33,180 nucleotides of DNA from Basidioascus undulatus (Eukaryota): the NCBI GenBank assembly GCA_000826855.1, contig JTLS01000086.1:1-33180 (forward strand), in the 5' to 3' direction. The notes below the pieces were generated by a model that saw only the letters and a program-made list of their open reading frames with translations, ran no database searches and was not told the origin of the DNA. Positions within the stretch are counted from its first letter, which is position 1, and every line of letters begins with the position of its first letter. The position numbers were made by a program, and so were the translations under genes. Shown one piece after another: positions 1 to 11,154 of this stretch.

Positions 1-3000
1 CTGCCCCCTGCGCCCACCCCCCCCATCCAACAACAGAGTTCGAAGTTCGGCCGCCCGATTGGCAAGATCTGGACGATGCTCATCTCTGAACCGTTCTTCA
101 AGCTGCCGCACCTCGTCCGCATGACCGCTGGCTGGGTCTGCCTGCTGGCCCTCATCTTCGGCTCGGTGCGTCTTCTCATCATCAACCCTACAATCGCCTT
201 CCCGTTCATTCCACTCATTCTTACCTTTCCCCTTCCCTTTTCCGCGCTTCATCAGGCATTCGGCTTCCCCCGTCCCGAGGGCACGCGCCTGGCCGATCGC
301 GGTGCGTCGTGATCGCTGAGCGGCTGCCGTGCTTGCGGCATGCAGCGCTATGAAGCTTACACGCGCGAGCTGGGCACGCACACACAGCCATCAGCGTCTT
401 CGGGCTGTTTGTCTTCCAGCTTTGCTTCTGGCTCACGTCCAAGAACCACCGGGCTATTGCGTGGCCCACGGTCATGGTCGGGCTGTACGTCGCGCCCCTT
501 CTGAGAGCTCCCTCACTTCATCGCTGACATGTTGGCCGGGTTGCAGTGGGCTGCAACAGGTCATTGCCCTTTTCGTGCTGAAGACCACCGCCGGCTACGA
601 CATCTTCAAATGGGTCGCAAGTGCGCAATAACCCTCTACGCTGTTATCCGAGGCGTCAATTCTGATAGCGTTGTCCCCTCGACTTCAGCCCTCGCCGCCG
701 ACTTCCTCGCCCAGGCCAACGTCGCGGCAGCGTTCTTCGTTGGTGACGATGTCGCTGCAATGCGTGCGTTTCTTTGCCTCTTCGCCATTCTGCTCCACAT
801 CTCATGCTCATTCACCTGCCGGCATGTGCGTCGGCCACCCACAGACCTCTTCATCATTTCCACGCTCGCGGCGATCATCTTCTTCATTGCCTTCGTCCAG
901 TTGCTTTACTACCTTGGGTACGCGCTGACATCCGACAAATCGTCGTGTACCGCATCGACCTGTATCTGACCGCACCTCTCACGCCGCAGCGTCATGCAGT
1001 GGATGATCAAAAAGTTCGCATGGCTCTTCTACCGCCTCCTGAACATCTCCGGCGGAGAGTCCATCGTCGTCACCGCCACGCCTTTCATTGTTCGTCCGCG
1101 ATATGTTACTATCATTGAAAGCGTTCCGGCTGACTCATTACGGGACGCAGGGTCAAGGAGAGGCGGCATGCTTGGTCCGCCCCTATGTCAAGCACATGAC
1201 TGCGTCCGAGCTTCACCTCATGATGTGAGTTTCCATTCTCGGTTCGTTTAGCCCGTAAACGTAGATTGATAATGGGTTCCCGCTGCAGGACGTCCGGATT
1301 CGCCACTATTGCCGGTGAGTAAAGCGTTGCCGTCCCGCTCAGCGCAGAAGACGCAGACTGATCGTGTCCTGCCAACAGGGAGTGTACGCGTCATCATTGC
1401 ACGATAATGGTTGGAACTGTGAACTGACTCATTGTTCCTGCGCTTGTGTCATTAGGTCATGACTGCGTACAGTACGTCTTCTCGTCCAACCTCGCGGTGC
1501 ACATCAATGGCGTTCTGACGATGCGCCGGGTTTGTAAACAGTCTACATGGGCGTTGACCCTTCCACTTTGGTCACCGTAAATAATTTTTATTTCTCCTCA
1601 AGCTGCCCTACACAATCTAACCATTTTTTGTGCAGGCGGCCATCATGTCCATCCCCGCGTCGTGCGTATCCTGTCCTTCTTCACTTCCTCGTCCCCCTCC
1701 TCCTTCTCTCTGTTCTTCGCCTGTCCTCCTTCCTCCTCCTTCCCCCTTCCACCCGTTCTTCACCTTCATTTCACATGCTCATCCCATTCGACCGGTTTCA
1801 GCATCACAATCTCCAAGCTTCGATACCCCGAGGTCGAAGAGAGCTTGACAAAAGGAAAGGTTGTCATTGACAGAGGTAAGTATCGGTTTACATTGCCCAA
1901 AACCGCAAGCAACTGGGCTGATGCTGTCTGCACAGGTGCGGACAACGAGTACAGGGAGGTGCGGTATGCTTGCTCCAACGGCGCTGTCTTCCATATCCTG
2001 TTTCTAGATGATGCTCACCATTGCCCTTACCCACAAAAGGCCAACGTGCTGCAAGCCTTTAGCAACGGCGCCACATTTGGTATCATATTTTTGCTTGATT
2101 GAGCCAAGAGCGAAAACTGACCCCGCCCCGAAACCAAGGCATCCGCGTCGCCGGCATGATTCTCACCAATGTGTTGACCGTGCTGTCGCTGCTCTGTCCG
2201 TCGTTCTTCCCTTCTCGGCGTTCAGCCATAGTCTGACCGGTCTTGGACGGGGAACAGATGTCATTGACGGTCAACTTCCTCTCTTACCTAAGTACATGTA
2301 AGAATGCGTGCTAACGACTTGCGGGATGAATCCAGGACTCCTTGCCTGGATCGGAAAGAGCTTCAGCATCGGCGTCACGACGCCCGAGGACCTCAAGCTC
2401 GAGCTCATCTTCCGGCAAGTCCCGTTCCTGCAATGAGCCTTCTCACGGTCGCCTGACAGCGTTGCCGCACCGTCTTGTAGGTATATCTTCTACCCGCTCG
2501 CGTGGCTCATGGGCACGCCGAAGCAGGACCTTCTCCACGTCTCTTCGCTCCTTGGGCAGAAGTTCATCGCAAACGAGTCCGTGCTAATGTTTCCAACGTT
2601 ATCTTCCAAACGCCTAGAGCGTGTCACTGACGATTCAAACCATCAACCTTGTTGCCACTCGTGCCTATAGGTTTGTCGCATACAAGGCTCTCATGGCCTT
2701 GCGTGACGCGAACGTCATGACTGAGCGCGGTTTCACCATCGGTGCGTGTTATCCAGTTGCATATTTTCAGTCCCGAAAGCTCCTTAATCCCCGCCCGAAA
2801 CAGCCTCCTACTCGCTGGCTGGCTTCGCCAACATTGCCTCCGTTGGCGTACGTCTTCGTCATTCCCTCGTGCATCATGCTGACACTCAACTGACCCATCA
2901 ACTTTTCAAATGTCTTTAGATCCAAATTGGTGTCCTGTCTAGCTTGGCCTCGAACAAGTCCCGCGTCATCTCGAGCATCGCCCTCAGTGCGCTCTTCTGC

Positions 3001-3186
3001 GGGTTCATTTCCACTTGCCGTGTGTCTACTGTTCACTGCCCGTCTCCGCTCAAAAGACTCGAGGCTAACCTATAACACAAACAGAAACGGCTGGCATCGC
3101 TGGAATGCGTATGTCTTCTTTTCATTTTCGCCTCCACAGACAAGAAACTGACGTTGAGGTTTGGCTTCCCTCGCGCAGTTGTCTAA
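1..3186 (+). CDS. Concentrative nucleoside transporter (CNT/SLC28 family, H+/nucleoside symporter); multi-exon, 5' end outside the window
   Basis: Spliced fragments match CNT motifs: [145 protein letters not shown]. Stop TAA at 3184-3186 in an 8-nt terminal coding exon. Confidence 0.93.
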
Positions 3187-4933
3187 AAACGTGCCTCCCT
3201 GCGAGCGCATACCCCGACCTTTGTCTCCCTTGGCCAGATTCTGTTCATCTTTCTCCCTTTTTTTCCGTTTCACCCTCATTTTTTCACGTACTTTAGGGAC
3301 CGGATTTACCTGCTGCTAGATTTATGCCAAATGATGCCTGTACGATGGGACTTTGTTTGGAACATGGCCTGTGATACCTACGGTGTTTCACTACCTCCGC
3401 TCTTGTATTTCTGGATGATAGATCGGTTACGAGTAACATACGCTGATATGAGCCTGCTTGTGTGGATCTATGCTCTCGTGTGTCTGGAGTAGATCAGGGC
3501 GGGGCGTCTGCCCGTCTGGCAGTCGAATCTGGTTGAGAGATTACAGATAGGTTATGAATTCCGTGTGCACCGGAAGATGCAATACTTTAAAGCTGGGCAG
3601 TGAGGCCTCGCCATAGTCCCTTCTCTCCAAGTCGTAACTCCTTCGGTGGCCTGCCACTCGAGCGCGTTTTGGAGTACAGCCAGAACTAGCGCTTACGATT
3701 GGTCTTGAAAGCTACAATGTTATCATTGTTACCATCAGCCTGAGGAGTTACTTTCAATTCCGCTGCCTCGCATTGCATCGCTGCGTCGTGTGCCTTCTTC
3801 TGGAGGTCGAGTCCACCCAGGGTGCAATCAGCGCAGTTCTGCATCCCCTAAACCCTTACAGATTACCGATTGTGTTGATCATGCTTTGGATCGGCTTCAG
3901 TTTATTCAACCATGCTCTTGCCGGGCACGATGTTGATAAACCAGCGTTGCAGCTTTCATTTCCGAGAAGGAACGTCCTAGTTCATTTGCGCCTCCGAGTC
4001 GGCCATGGTCGGACGAGTAATGAATCTGAGTCCTGATCGCTGATCCTCAAGACGTCTTATCATTATGATATCGGGCGTCGAGGGTAGTAAAGGAAGCGCA
4101 TCCTCGTGTCTGCGCACGCAACATATAATAGGCGGTTCACATTGGTGACCGGCGGCAGGCATCCAAAGACAGGTGCGGGAAGCGTAGTGCACAGTCGTCA
4201 CAATATCATTTCTTGGTAATCAATCACTTCAATATTGCTAATACGGGTAAAACAATTGTAGTCCCCTACTCCACGGCAAGTGATGATGATGAGCTGAGAT
4301 GTCGCAAGCGAGTGCGACTCCGTCACGATGAGCCGCAGGTGCTCGGTAGACTAGGATCGACAGTTCGCACTTCGGTACTCCTCCTGGTGCTTGTTTCACT
4401 AAGATGTCTATCAAAGGGTCTTGAACTCGATCAAGGCTCGTAGCTTCCCCGCCGTGAGCTCGGTGTTGTGGCCAATGTGGAGATGTGGGTACCGGAGGTC
4501 TGCCTGTAGCGATCATCAGTTGTAAAGTAGATTCTCAGCCGCACGCCTATGCTTTGCCGAAGACTGCGTAATTACCGACCAGTAGAGATGTATCCAAGCC
4601 CAACGCGCCGGCAATATGCGCACAATTGTAACCCCTGGTTCCCCTCTCTTAGCGTTGCTGGATCGGCGCCTTGAGCAGAGAGATCGAGGGATCCGCTGAT
4701 CAAAATGATCAGCGGACTTGCTCTAATGTCGAAACCGTCATTTCACACCGCAGTTCTGCTTGGAAATCACCCATGAGCCCCAACCAAATGAACGCATCCT
4801 CTGCGTAGAGTCATCATGCCCTCTTGGCACATTCATCAGAATAGTTCGTTCCATAGGTACTTTCGCTCTCATGCGCGTACAATGTTCCAACCCACAAGGG
4901 ATCCGCGGCTCGCTGGGGGTCCCTCCGCGCACA

Positions 4934-4939
4934 TATAAA
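4934..4939 (+). promoter_or_regulatory. TATA box upstream of the secreted repeat-protein gene
   Basis: TATAAA about 95 nt upstream of an ATG in good context (CCACC-ATG, 5031), with a pyrimidine/CA-rich leader between them. Confidence 0.55.
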
Positions 4940-5030
4940 GGCGGTGGGCGCACTCGGCAGGTCTTCTTTCTTCCAACCTCAACATCTTCGCAGTCAGCCC
5001 ACCCCAGCACCCAAAATTCACAATACCACC

Positions 5031-7075
5031 ATGCGTTTCTCCTTCGCTGTTGTTGCCCGCCCTCGCCCTCGGCACGGCCGTGACCGCTGCTCCCGGCGCT
5101 GCGCCCATCAACAACCGGTGGGTCCTCCGTGTCTAAATCGACTCCTTCCATACCTCTTTTGAAGACCGTACACATTCTTTCTTCAACCGTTCAGGGTGGT
5201 CGCCCGTGGCGGCGGCAGCGACGACTACAACGTGAGTACGAGTTGAACAGCTGCGCAGCCTTCGCGATGATGGCAAAGACTGACTGGCGCTTTCCAATGC
5301 AGCACGACAAGGCGCCTGATGCTGGTCAGTGGGACCACAAGAAGGAGGACGAGAAGAAGAGGGTATATATCCGGTAGCTTTAAATCGTTATAAGGAGTTT
5401 CGATCTCGATCTTAACTCCTTGTCTACTCCGTGTCATCAGGAGGGGTGGAGCCACGACGACAAGAACAAAGACAAGGGCGACTGGAACAAGGGTGACAAG
5501 GTGCACCTTTTCCTCCAATGTATTTTGTAGAAACTTCTACTGTAATGCCTGCTGACCCCTCTTGGTTTTGAAGGGTGGTGCCACGCAGTAGGTCGGCGAG
5601 AAGGAGCACAATCAGAACATGAGCGATTGGAACAAGGGCGACTGGAAGAAGATCTCTCCCATCCCCCCTTTTTGAATGGTCCCCCTCACCAATGATTGAG
5701 ACGCCCTGAGACATCTGACGAGCACAAGCACAAGCAGCCGTCGTCTACCAATGCGCCCGAGCAGACTCCGTCGTCCACGTAGCAATACGAGCAGCCGGCC
5801 TCGTCTACCAAGCAGGAGGCGCAGCCTGCCCCTACCAAAGGCTCCGACGAGCACCAGGTGCGTGGTTGCCTTTAATCCTTCGTTTAAATTGTGCTGACTT
5901 CCGCCTTATTGCCTGAATGATAGGATAGGGAAAGACCGACAAAGGCGACAAGAAGGTGCGTTGGTCGACCCGTTTCGATGGCTGTCTTTCTTCGAGTTCG
6001 AGCTGAACTTTGAGTGCTTTCATGGGTCAGGACGAGGAGTGGAAGAAGGACGACCATGGGAAGCCCACGGACAAGATCGGTGGCTAGATTCAGGACACAG
6101 TCGACCATGGCAAGGTAAATTGATCATTCCTATGCTCCTCCAGCCAGGCGAAGTGGCACTTCATTTGAGCATGCACTTACACTCGCTGCCTTTTTGCAGG
6201 ACTTTGTCGACGGTATCAAGGACAAGGTCTAGGATAAGAAGGTAAACCCTGGACTGGCTCCTGAGGCGATTCGTGCTATCTTCAGCTCACTGGTGTTTGG
6301 GATGTTCGCCGTGCAGGAGGGTGTGAAGGACTGGGTCGACGAGTGGAAGGTGAGTAGGGTTTCTCACATTGGTGTCAGCTGAGCAATAGCAGTTGCTGAT
6401 AATTGAGTCTTTTCTTTGAAGGACGGATGGAAGAAGGAGGGAGACAAGCACGATGACAAGAACAAGGGTGACAAGGTGCGCCTGGTTCCTCACTGTATTT
6501 TGTACCAGCCTTAGTCATTGTGCCTCCTGACGACTTTTGGACTTAAAGGAGGGTGACAAGCAGAATAACAGCACAGAACAAGGACGAGTGGAAGCACGAC
6601 GACCAGAAAAAAAGGGCGACTGGAACAAGCAGGACGACAAGAACCAGGGCTGGAACAAGGGTGATGACAAGAAGGTAATCTGTTGATTCTCCGTTTTGCA
6701 TCAAGTTCCAAAAGACACCGTGCTAACCATCTCCCTCCTGAAAGGACGAGCAGCACAAGAAGCACGACCAAAGGCAGGGCGAAGATGCGCACAAGGACGA
6801 GGGCAACAAAGTAAAGTCGACGTTCAGGTTATCAAAACCGCATACAACGAACTTCAATGTTGACCACTCCCGCTCAACCTAGCAGAAGGACGACAAGGTG
6901 AGTGAAACCGATCTTGAACGCATCGCACAAGGCGTCACGCTGACAGACTACCCGGGTCGACGAGCAGAAGCAGGAGGAGGAGCGCAAGTGGGGCAAGGTA
7001 AGCCGAGACAGTCTCAATTGCTCTCAACTTCCCATTTGAGGCTAATCCCGTGATAAACTTCCAGGGGAACTACGC
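5031..7075 (+). pseudogene. Secreted low-complexity K/D/E/W/H-rich repeat protein, about 16 short exons; disrupted
   Basis: Signal peptide MRFSFAVVA-ALALGTAVTA is restored by removing one C at 5056-5058. Exons encode modules such as HDKAPDAGQWDHKKEDEKKR, EGWSHDDKNKDKGDWNKGDK, EGVKDWVDEWK, DGWKKEGDKHDDKNKGDK, KQEEERKWGK. In-frame TAG at 5589, 5780, 6085 and 6230. Donor site reads AT instead of GT at 5652. The 3' end is uncertain. Confidence 0.8.
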
Positions 7076-7752
7076 CCTCTTTATCGTACCAACTGAGCCA
7101 TTAGTAGAATGCGAGCTTTCGCCCGGCCCAAAGAATTGAAGATGGATAAGTTGACTAGAACGCACGAGCGACAAACACATTCATTCTGAACTTTCCTGTT
7201 TAACCAGTTTTGACTGTCTGCGCCTGAGTGCCTCGTGAAAGATGCTACCCACTTTGACTGAGCGAAACGAACGCGCTGTTACGCGGCAGCGTCAACAATC
7301 CCTTGAGGCCGCTCAAGTAGTTCTCGCGAACACAGCTGTCGTCCTTGTGGACTTCTGAGCCCCGTTAGGCTAACCCACAACAGTCATCCCGGGTTGCGGT
7401 GGCTATGAACCTTATCCCCTTGCCGAAAACTCAGCACAGGCGGCCTAGGTACTCCCTCGCCGAGCTCTCCGCCATCTCTCGTTTGAAGCGATCCCATCAC
7501 TCTCCGGCATGCATGGCGCAGCCCTTACGACTGCAGGGTAATTGACCAGGAATACCTGACTGGGGTATGTTGCGTCAACGTGTGTCTAAAGACATGAGTG
7601 AGTCTAGCCGCCGATAGAAGTGCAGCACGAGGCCGACTGCAGTGCGCAGGCAGGCGCAGCACAGCTCTCCTAGCAGTTATTGCGGCAGTGACGAACATTG
7701 TGCATTTTTGTGAAGTACAACTGTTCATGCACATAAATGCACAGCGCTCAAA

Positions 7753-9354
7753 TAGGGAGTACAATGAACAGCCTTTGTTTGAACTGCTCATGAACTGTTC
7801 ATATGAACTGTTCATGAACAGACGCCCGTGAACAGTGAACATGTATGAACAGGCTGACGAACTGCCTCTGCTCATGAACTGTTCAGGATCTCAAGATAGA
7901 ACCGTTATTTTAGGAAAACATCGGCTCAGTTGGCCCCCATGTAGCACACTTCCGTGGTGGACTTTCCACATGCCTAAGTTTCACGTTAGCGGGGCTTAAT
8001 GGCCGTTGTTGAAGGCGCTGAGGGTACCGAGTATTCCTAACAGGTCCCGCCCGCGTGGGTGGAGGGAGGGCTTCCAAATCAGAAACTGTAACGGAAGGGT
8101 TTTGAACTCACCAGGGCCCAATTAGGGAAAGGCACAGATTTGCCGCTTCCACCGCCGACCTGGGAGGAAGACACGACGGTCAGCGCATGCTTCAGGAAAG
8201 GTAGACATCTTCTGGGTAGAGTAGAGCTTACAGCGAATGCCCTGATGGGCATATAGAAATGGGTGAGTCTTTCCGTTGTGGCGTATCATATGGACAAGAC
8301 GAACCAGACAAAGACCATGACCTACATGCCGCCGTCCAATGCCGCGGCGAGAAGGTACATGCTGGAAACAGTAATATCAGACAACGTTTGAATTTACTAC
8401 TTGCGGAACCAGCCGGGACGGTAGATGCGAAAATACTGTGGGTCGGAGAGTGTAAGTCAAATTGAAGCGGATGTCGAGGCGTTCGTAGTTCATACCCATT
8501 GCGAAACCAGCACAAGCACGAAAGAGAAGAACTGAGGCATCACGCCGTTCAGACATCGAAAGTCAAAGGGAGGTCAAAGCTTACGCACGACACTGCTGTT
8601 AATCCCGACCGAGCGGTTACCGAGCGTCCCTGGGCATGTTCAAAGTCAGCGATTAATGACCTTGGCCATTTCGCGACAAATAGCTTACAGGCAAGCATGG
8701 GAGTGACCACCCGGTCTGCCTTCCAGTTCGGGTGGTACCGGTGGATGAGCCAGAACAGCAGGGGGAGAGCCAGACCCCAGATGATGTCGAGGGGACGATC
8801 TGGAGACGGCACAAAGCAAACAGCTGTAAGCCGCTTTTGCCCTGGAAAGACATGAGAAGACCAACGTACCCCGTAAGGCCCGCTCGGTCTGTAAAGGTCT
8901 TTGCCCAGGTGATGGCGTTAGAGTTGTAGGACTAGACAGCTAGAGTATGGAGCGTTGTGTCAGCGGTAGCGCTTTGAAGTTCGGGCGTTGAGTGCCAGGC
9001 GGTACTTTGGAAGGCACGACATTGCGTACATGTAGTTCTGGAGAGCTCCAACCACCGTGCCAACGCTGAGGTCGGTGTCAGCGGTTCGAATGGGTTTGGT
9101 GTTCCAAACTTCATTTTGAGCAAACAGAACCCATCTGGGTAACAACGTTCTATTATCCTGGTGTCAATCTTTGGCAATATTCCTGTTGGACATGCTGAGG
9201 CTTTGTTCATAAACTTTCGTATGTTCACAGTGAACACATAACCGTGTTCATGAACATCGCTCTGTGAACTTGAACAGCTTCAAACAGGGTCAGACCGGCG
9301 CGAACGCTCACGATCAACTCGTGAATAGTTTGAACACTGTTCATTTAATCCGTA
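7753..9354. mobile_element. Non-autonomous hAT-like DNA transposon (Pack-type) carrying a host gene fragment
   Basis: Left end TAGGGAGTACAATGAACA (7753-7770); reverse complement of the right end is TACGGATTAAATGAACA (9338-9354). Flanking 8-mers CGCTCAAA (7745-7752) and CGTTGAAA (9355-9362) match 6/8. Dense TGAAC/GTTCA subterminal repeats at 7765-7886 and 9205-9343. No transposase seen. Confidence 0.75.
8000..9145 (-). pseudogene. 3' fragment of an OPT-family oligopeptide transporter gene (introns retained), degenerate, inside the hAT-like element
   Basis: Minus-strand exon pieces in the correct OPT order: LPRWVLFAQ..VGTVVGALQNYM; SYNSNAITW (8905-8931); IIWGLALPLLFWLIHRYHPNWKADRVVTPML; SVGINSSV; YLLAAALDGGM*VMVF (TAG 8322-8324); VGGGSGKSVPFPNWAL (8112-8159). 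GTAAGC/GTGAGT donors and CTGAC branch points lie between them. Confidence 0.85.
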
Positions 9355-9580
9355 CGTTGAAAGCAGTAACGTCGCGCATGCCATTGTACAATGCGTCCCA
9401 AAGACATGCGGCTAGTCACGGCTAGGCGCGGCTCTTTATTGCTCTGCATTCATTTCCGGCACGCAGGCCCGAGATTCCCGCGCGGACGCCATTATCGTCC
9501 ACTTGCCCACCTGAGTGCTCTTGCCCGTCGACCATCACCATCTCCCATTGAACAGACCTTTCCCACCACCCAGCACAAAC

Positions 9581-11001
9581 ATGACACCCGTCGCTACCAA
9601 CGAGCCTGCCAAGGCCCCCACGCAGCCTCTCAAGGCTCCGCCAAAGACGCACCAGTCGACAGCCAACCTGTCCGCGAACCCGCTCGCACGTATCTGGCGC
9701 GGCGACAAGGCGGGAACGCTCGCCCTCTCGGCCGCGTACCCGGACTTCAATGGAGACAAGTACACCGAACGCGAGCACATCAAGCGCCACATGGCCGCTG
9801 CGTTCAGGTACTGGGGCAAGCTCGGTTTCGGTGAGGTGCTTTCGGGCGCTGGCGTGACAAGATGAGGGACTGATCGATCTCCATCTATCAGGTGAAGGTG
9901 TTGCTGGCCACATTACAGTCAAGGACCCTGTCCTTCCGGACCATTACTGGTGCGTTCCGGGAATGAACAGCTAACGTGAAAGCGGGAGCTGAATTTCTCG
10001 ATGGGCAACGGTAGGATGAACCCCTTTGCCGTCCACTTCTCTTCCATCACCGTGTCGAAGCTCGTTCTCGTTGGTCCCGATGGCTACGTCGCGCCTGGTG
10101 GTGCGCAGCTGCCCATCAACACCGTGCGTCCCTCCCCTCACCCCAGAAGTCCAACGTCATCGTTGCTGAAAGCCGCTTCCGCACTCGCAGGCCGGATTCC
10201 ACATCCACTCTGCGATTCACCGGGCCCGGCCGGATCTCAAGGCCGCTGCGCACTGCCACAGTGTGCACGGAAAAGCGTGGTCTGTGTTTGGCAAGCCCAT
10301 CGACTGCCTGACGCAGGACTCGTGCTTGTTCTACGTACGCCGTTCGCTTACATTCTGTCCGCAATGCTTCGGTTATGGGCTGATGCCTTGTTGAATGTTT
10401 CAGGACAACCTCGGCGTGTACAAGTGCGTATCTCATTCTTTTCGCTGTGCGGTTTATGGGGCGGCAGTCTGAAATGAAAGCGGAAACAGCAACTTTGGCG
10501 GCATCGTTCTCGCCGACGAAGAGGGGGAAAACATCGCCGCAGCCATGGGCACGAAGTTCAAGACGTGCATCCTCCAGGTCAGCCATCCCCATCCACCTTC
10601 CGTCTCCTCCTCTGCAACACGCCCTTTCTCCCACGAATAGTTCCATACTGACCTGCGCCGAACCCCGACAGAACCACGGCCTCATGACTGCCGGCCAAAC
10701 GGTCGACGAAGCTGTGTACCTGTTCTCCGCGCTCGACAAGCTGTGCCAGGCCCAGCTCCTTGTCGAGGCTGCCAGCGAGGGTGGAGGGCTGAAGAAGAGT
10801 GTCATCGAAAAGGAGGACGCCGCGTTCACCGCGGAGACGCTGCAGCACTGGGAGATCGGTTACCTCAACTTCCAGGTAAGTCGGTGTCCGAATCGTTACA
10901 GCGTGCAGGAATGTGAACTGACAAGGTCTGTTGTTCCGGATGTGTTGCAGCCGGAGTATGAGCTTCTGCTGGAGGAGACGAACGGGGCGTTCTTGAAGTG
11001 A
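9581..11001 (+). CDS. Class II aldolase/adducin N-terminal domain protein (AraD-like; Meu14-like)
   Basis: Motifs [54 protein letters not shown] (metal-binding HxH), LQNHGLMTAGQTVDEAVYLF. ATG 9581, stop TGA 10999-11001, canonical introns. Confidence 0.92.
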
Positions 11002-11154
11002 TCTCTGCGAGACGAGGAACAGTGATACGTGAGAACATGAAATGAGATTGAAATCATAAGCTATCACATTTGATGGCAAACGTCCGTATGAGTCCGCTCC
11101 CGTTCTTCGGTCGCAGCTAATGTCCCCTTGCAACGACTCCTTCATGAGACTATC

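Noticed and set aside
7765..7886. TGAAC repeat cluster as a CRISPR-like or satellite array
   Set aside because: Eukaryotic context, 5-nt motif with irregular spacing and both orientations, no unique spacers; better explained as subterminal repeats.
8549..8812. ORF with 'PLLFW..YHP' initially resembling the hAT transposase C-terminal dimerisation domain
   Set aside because: It reads through introns and lacks the S..ER.FS motif; flanking exons give a colinear series of OPT transporter motifs.
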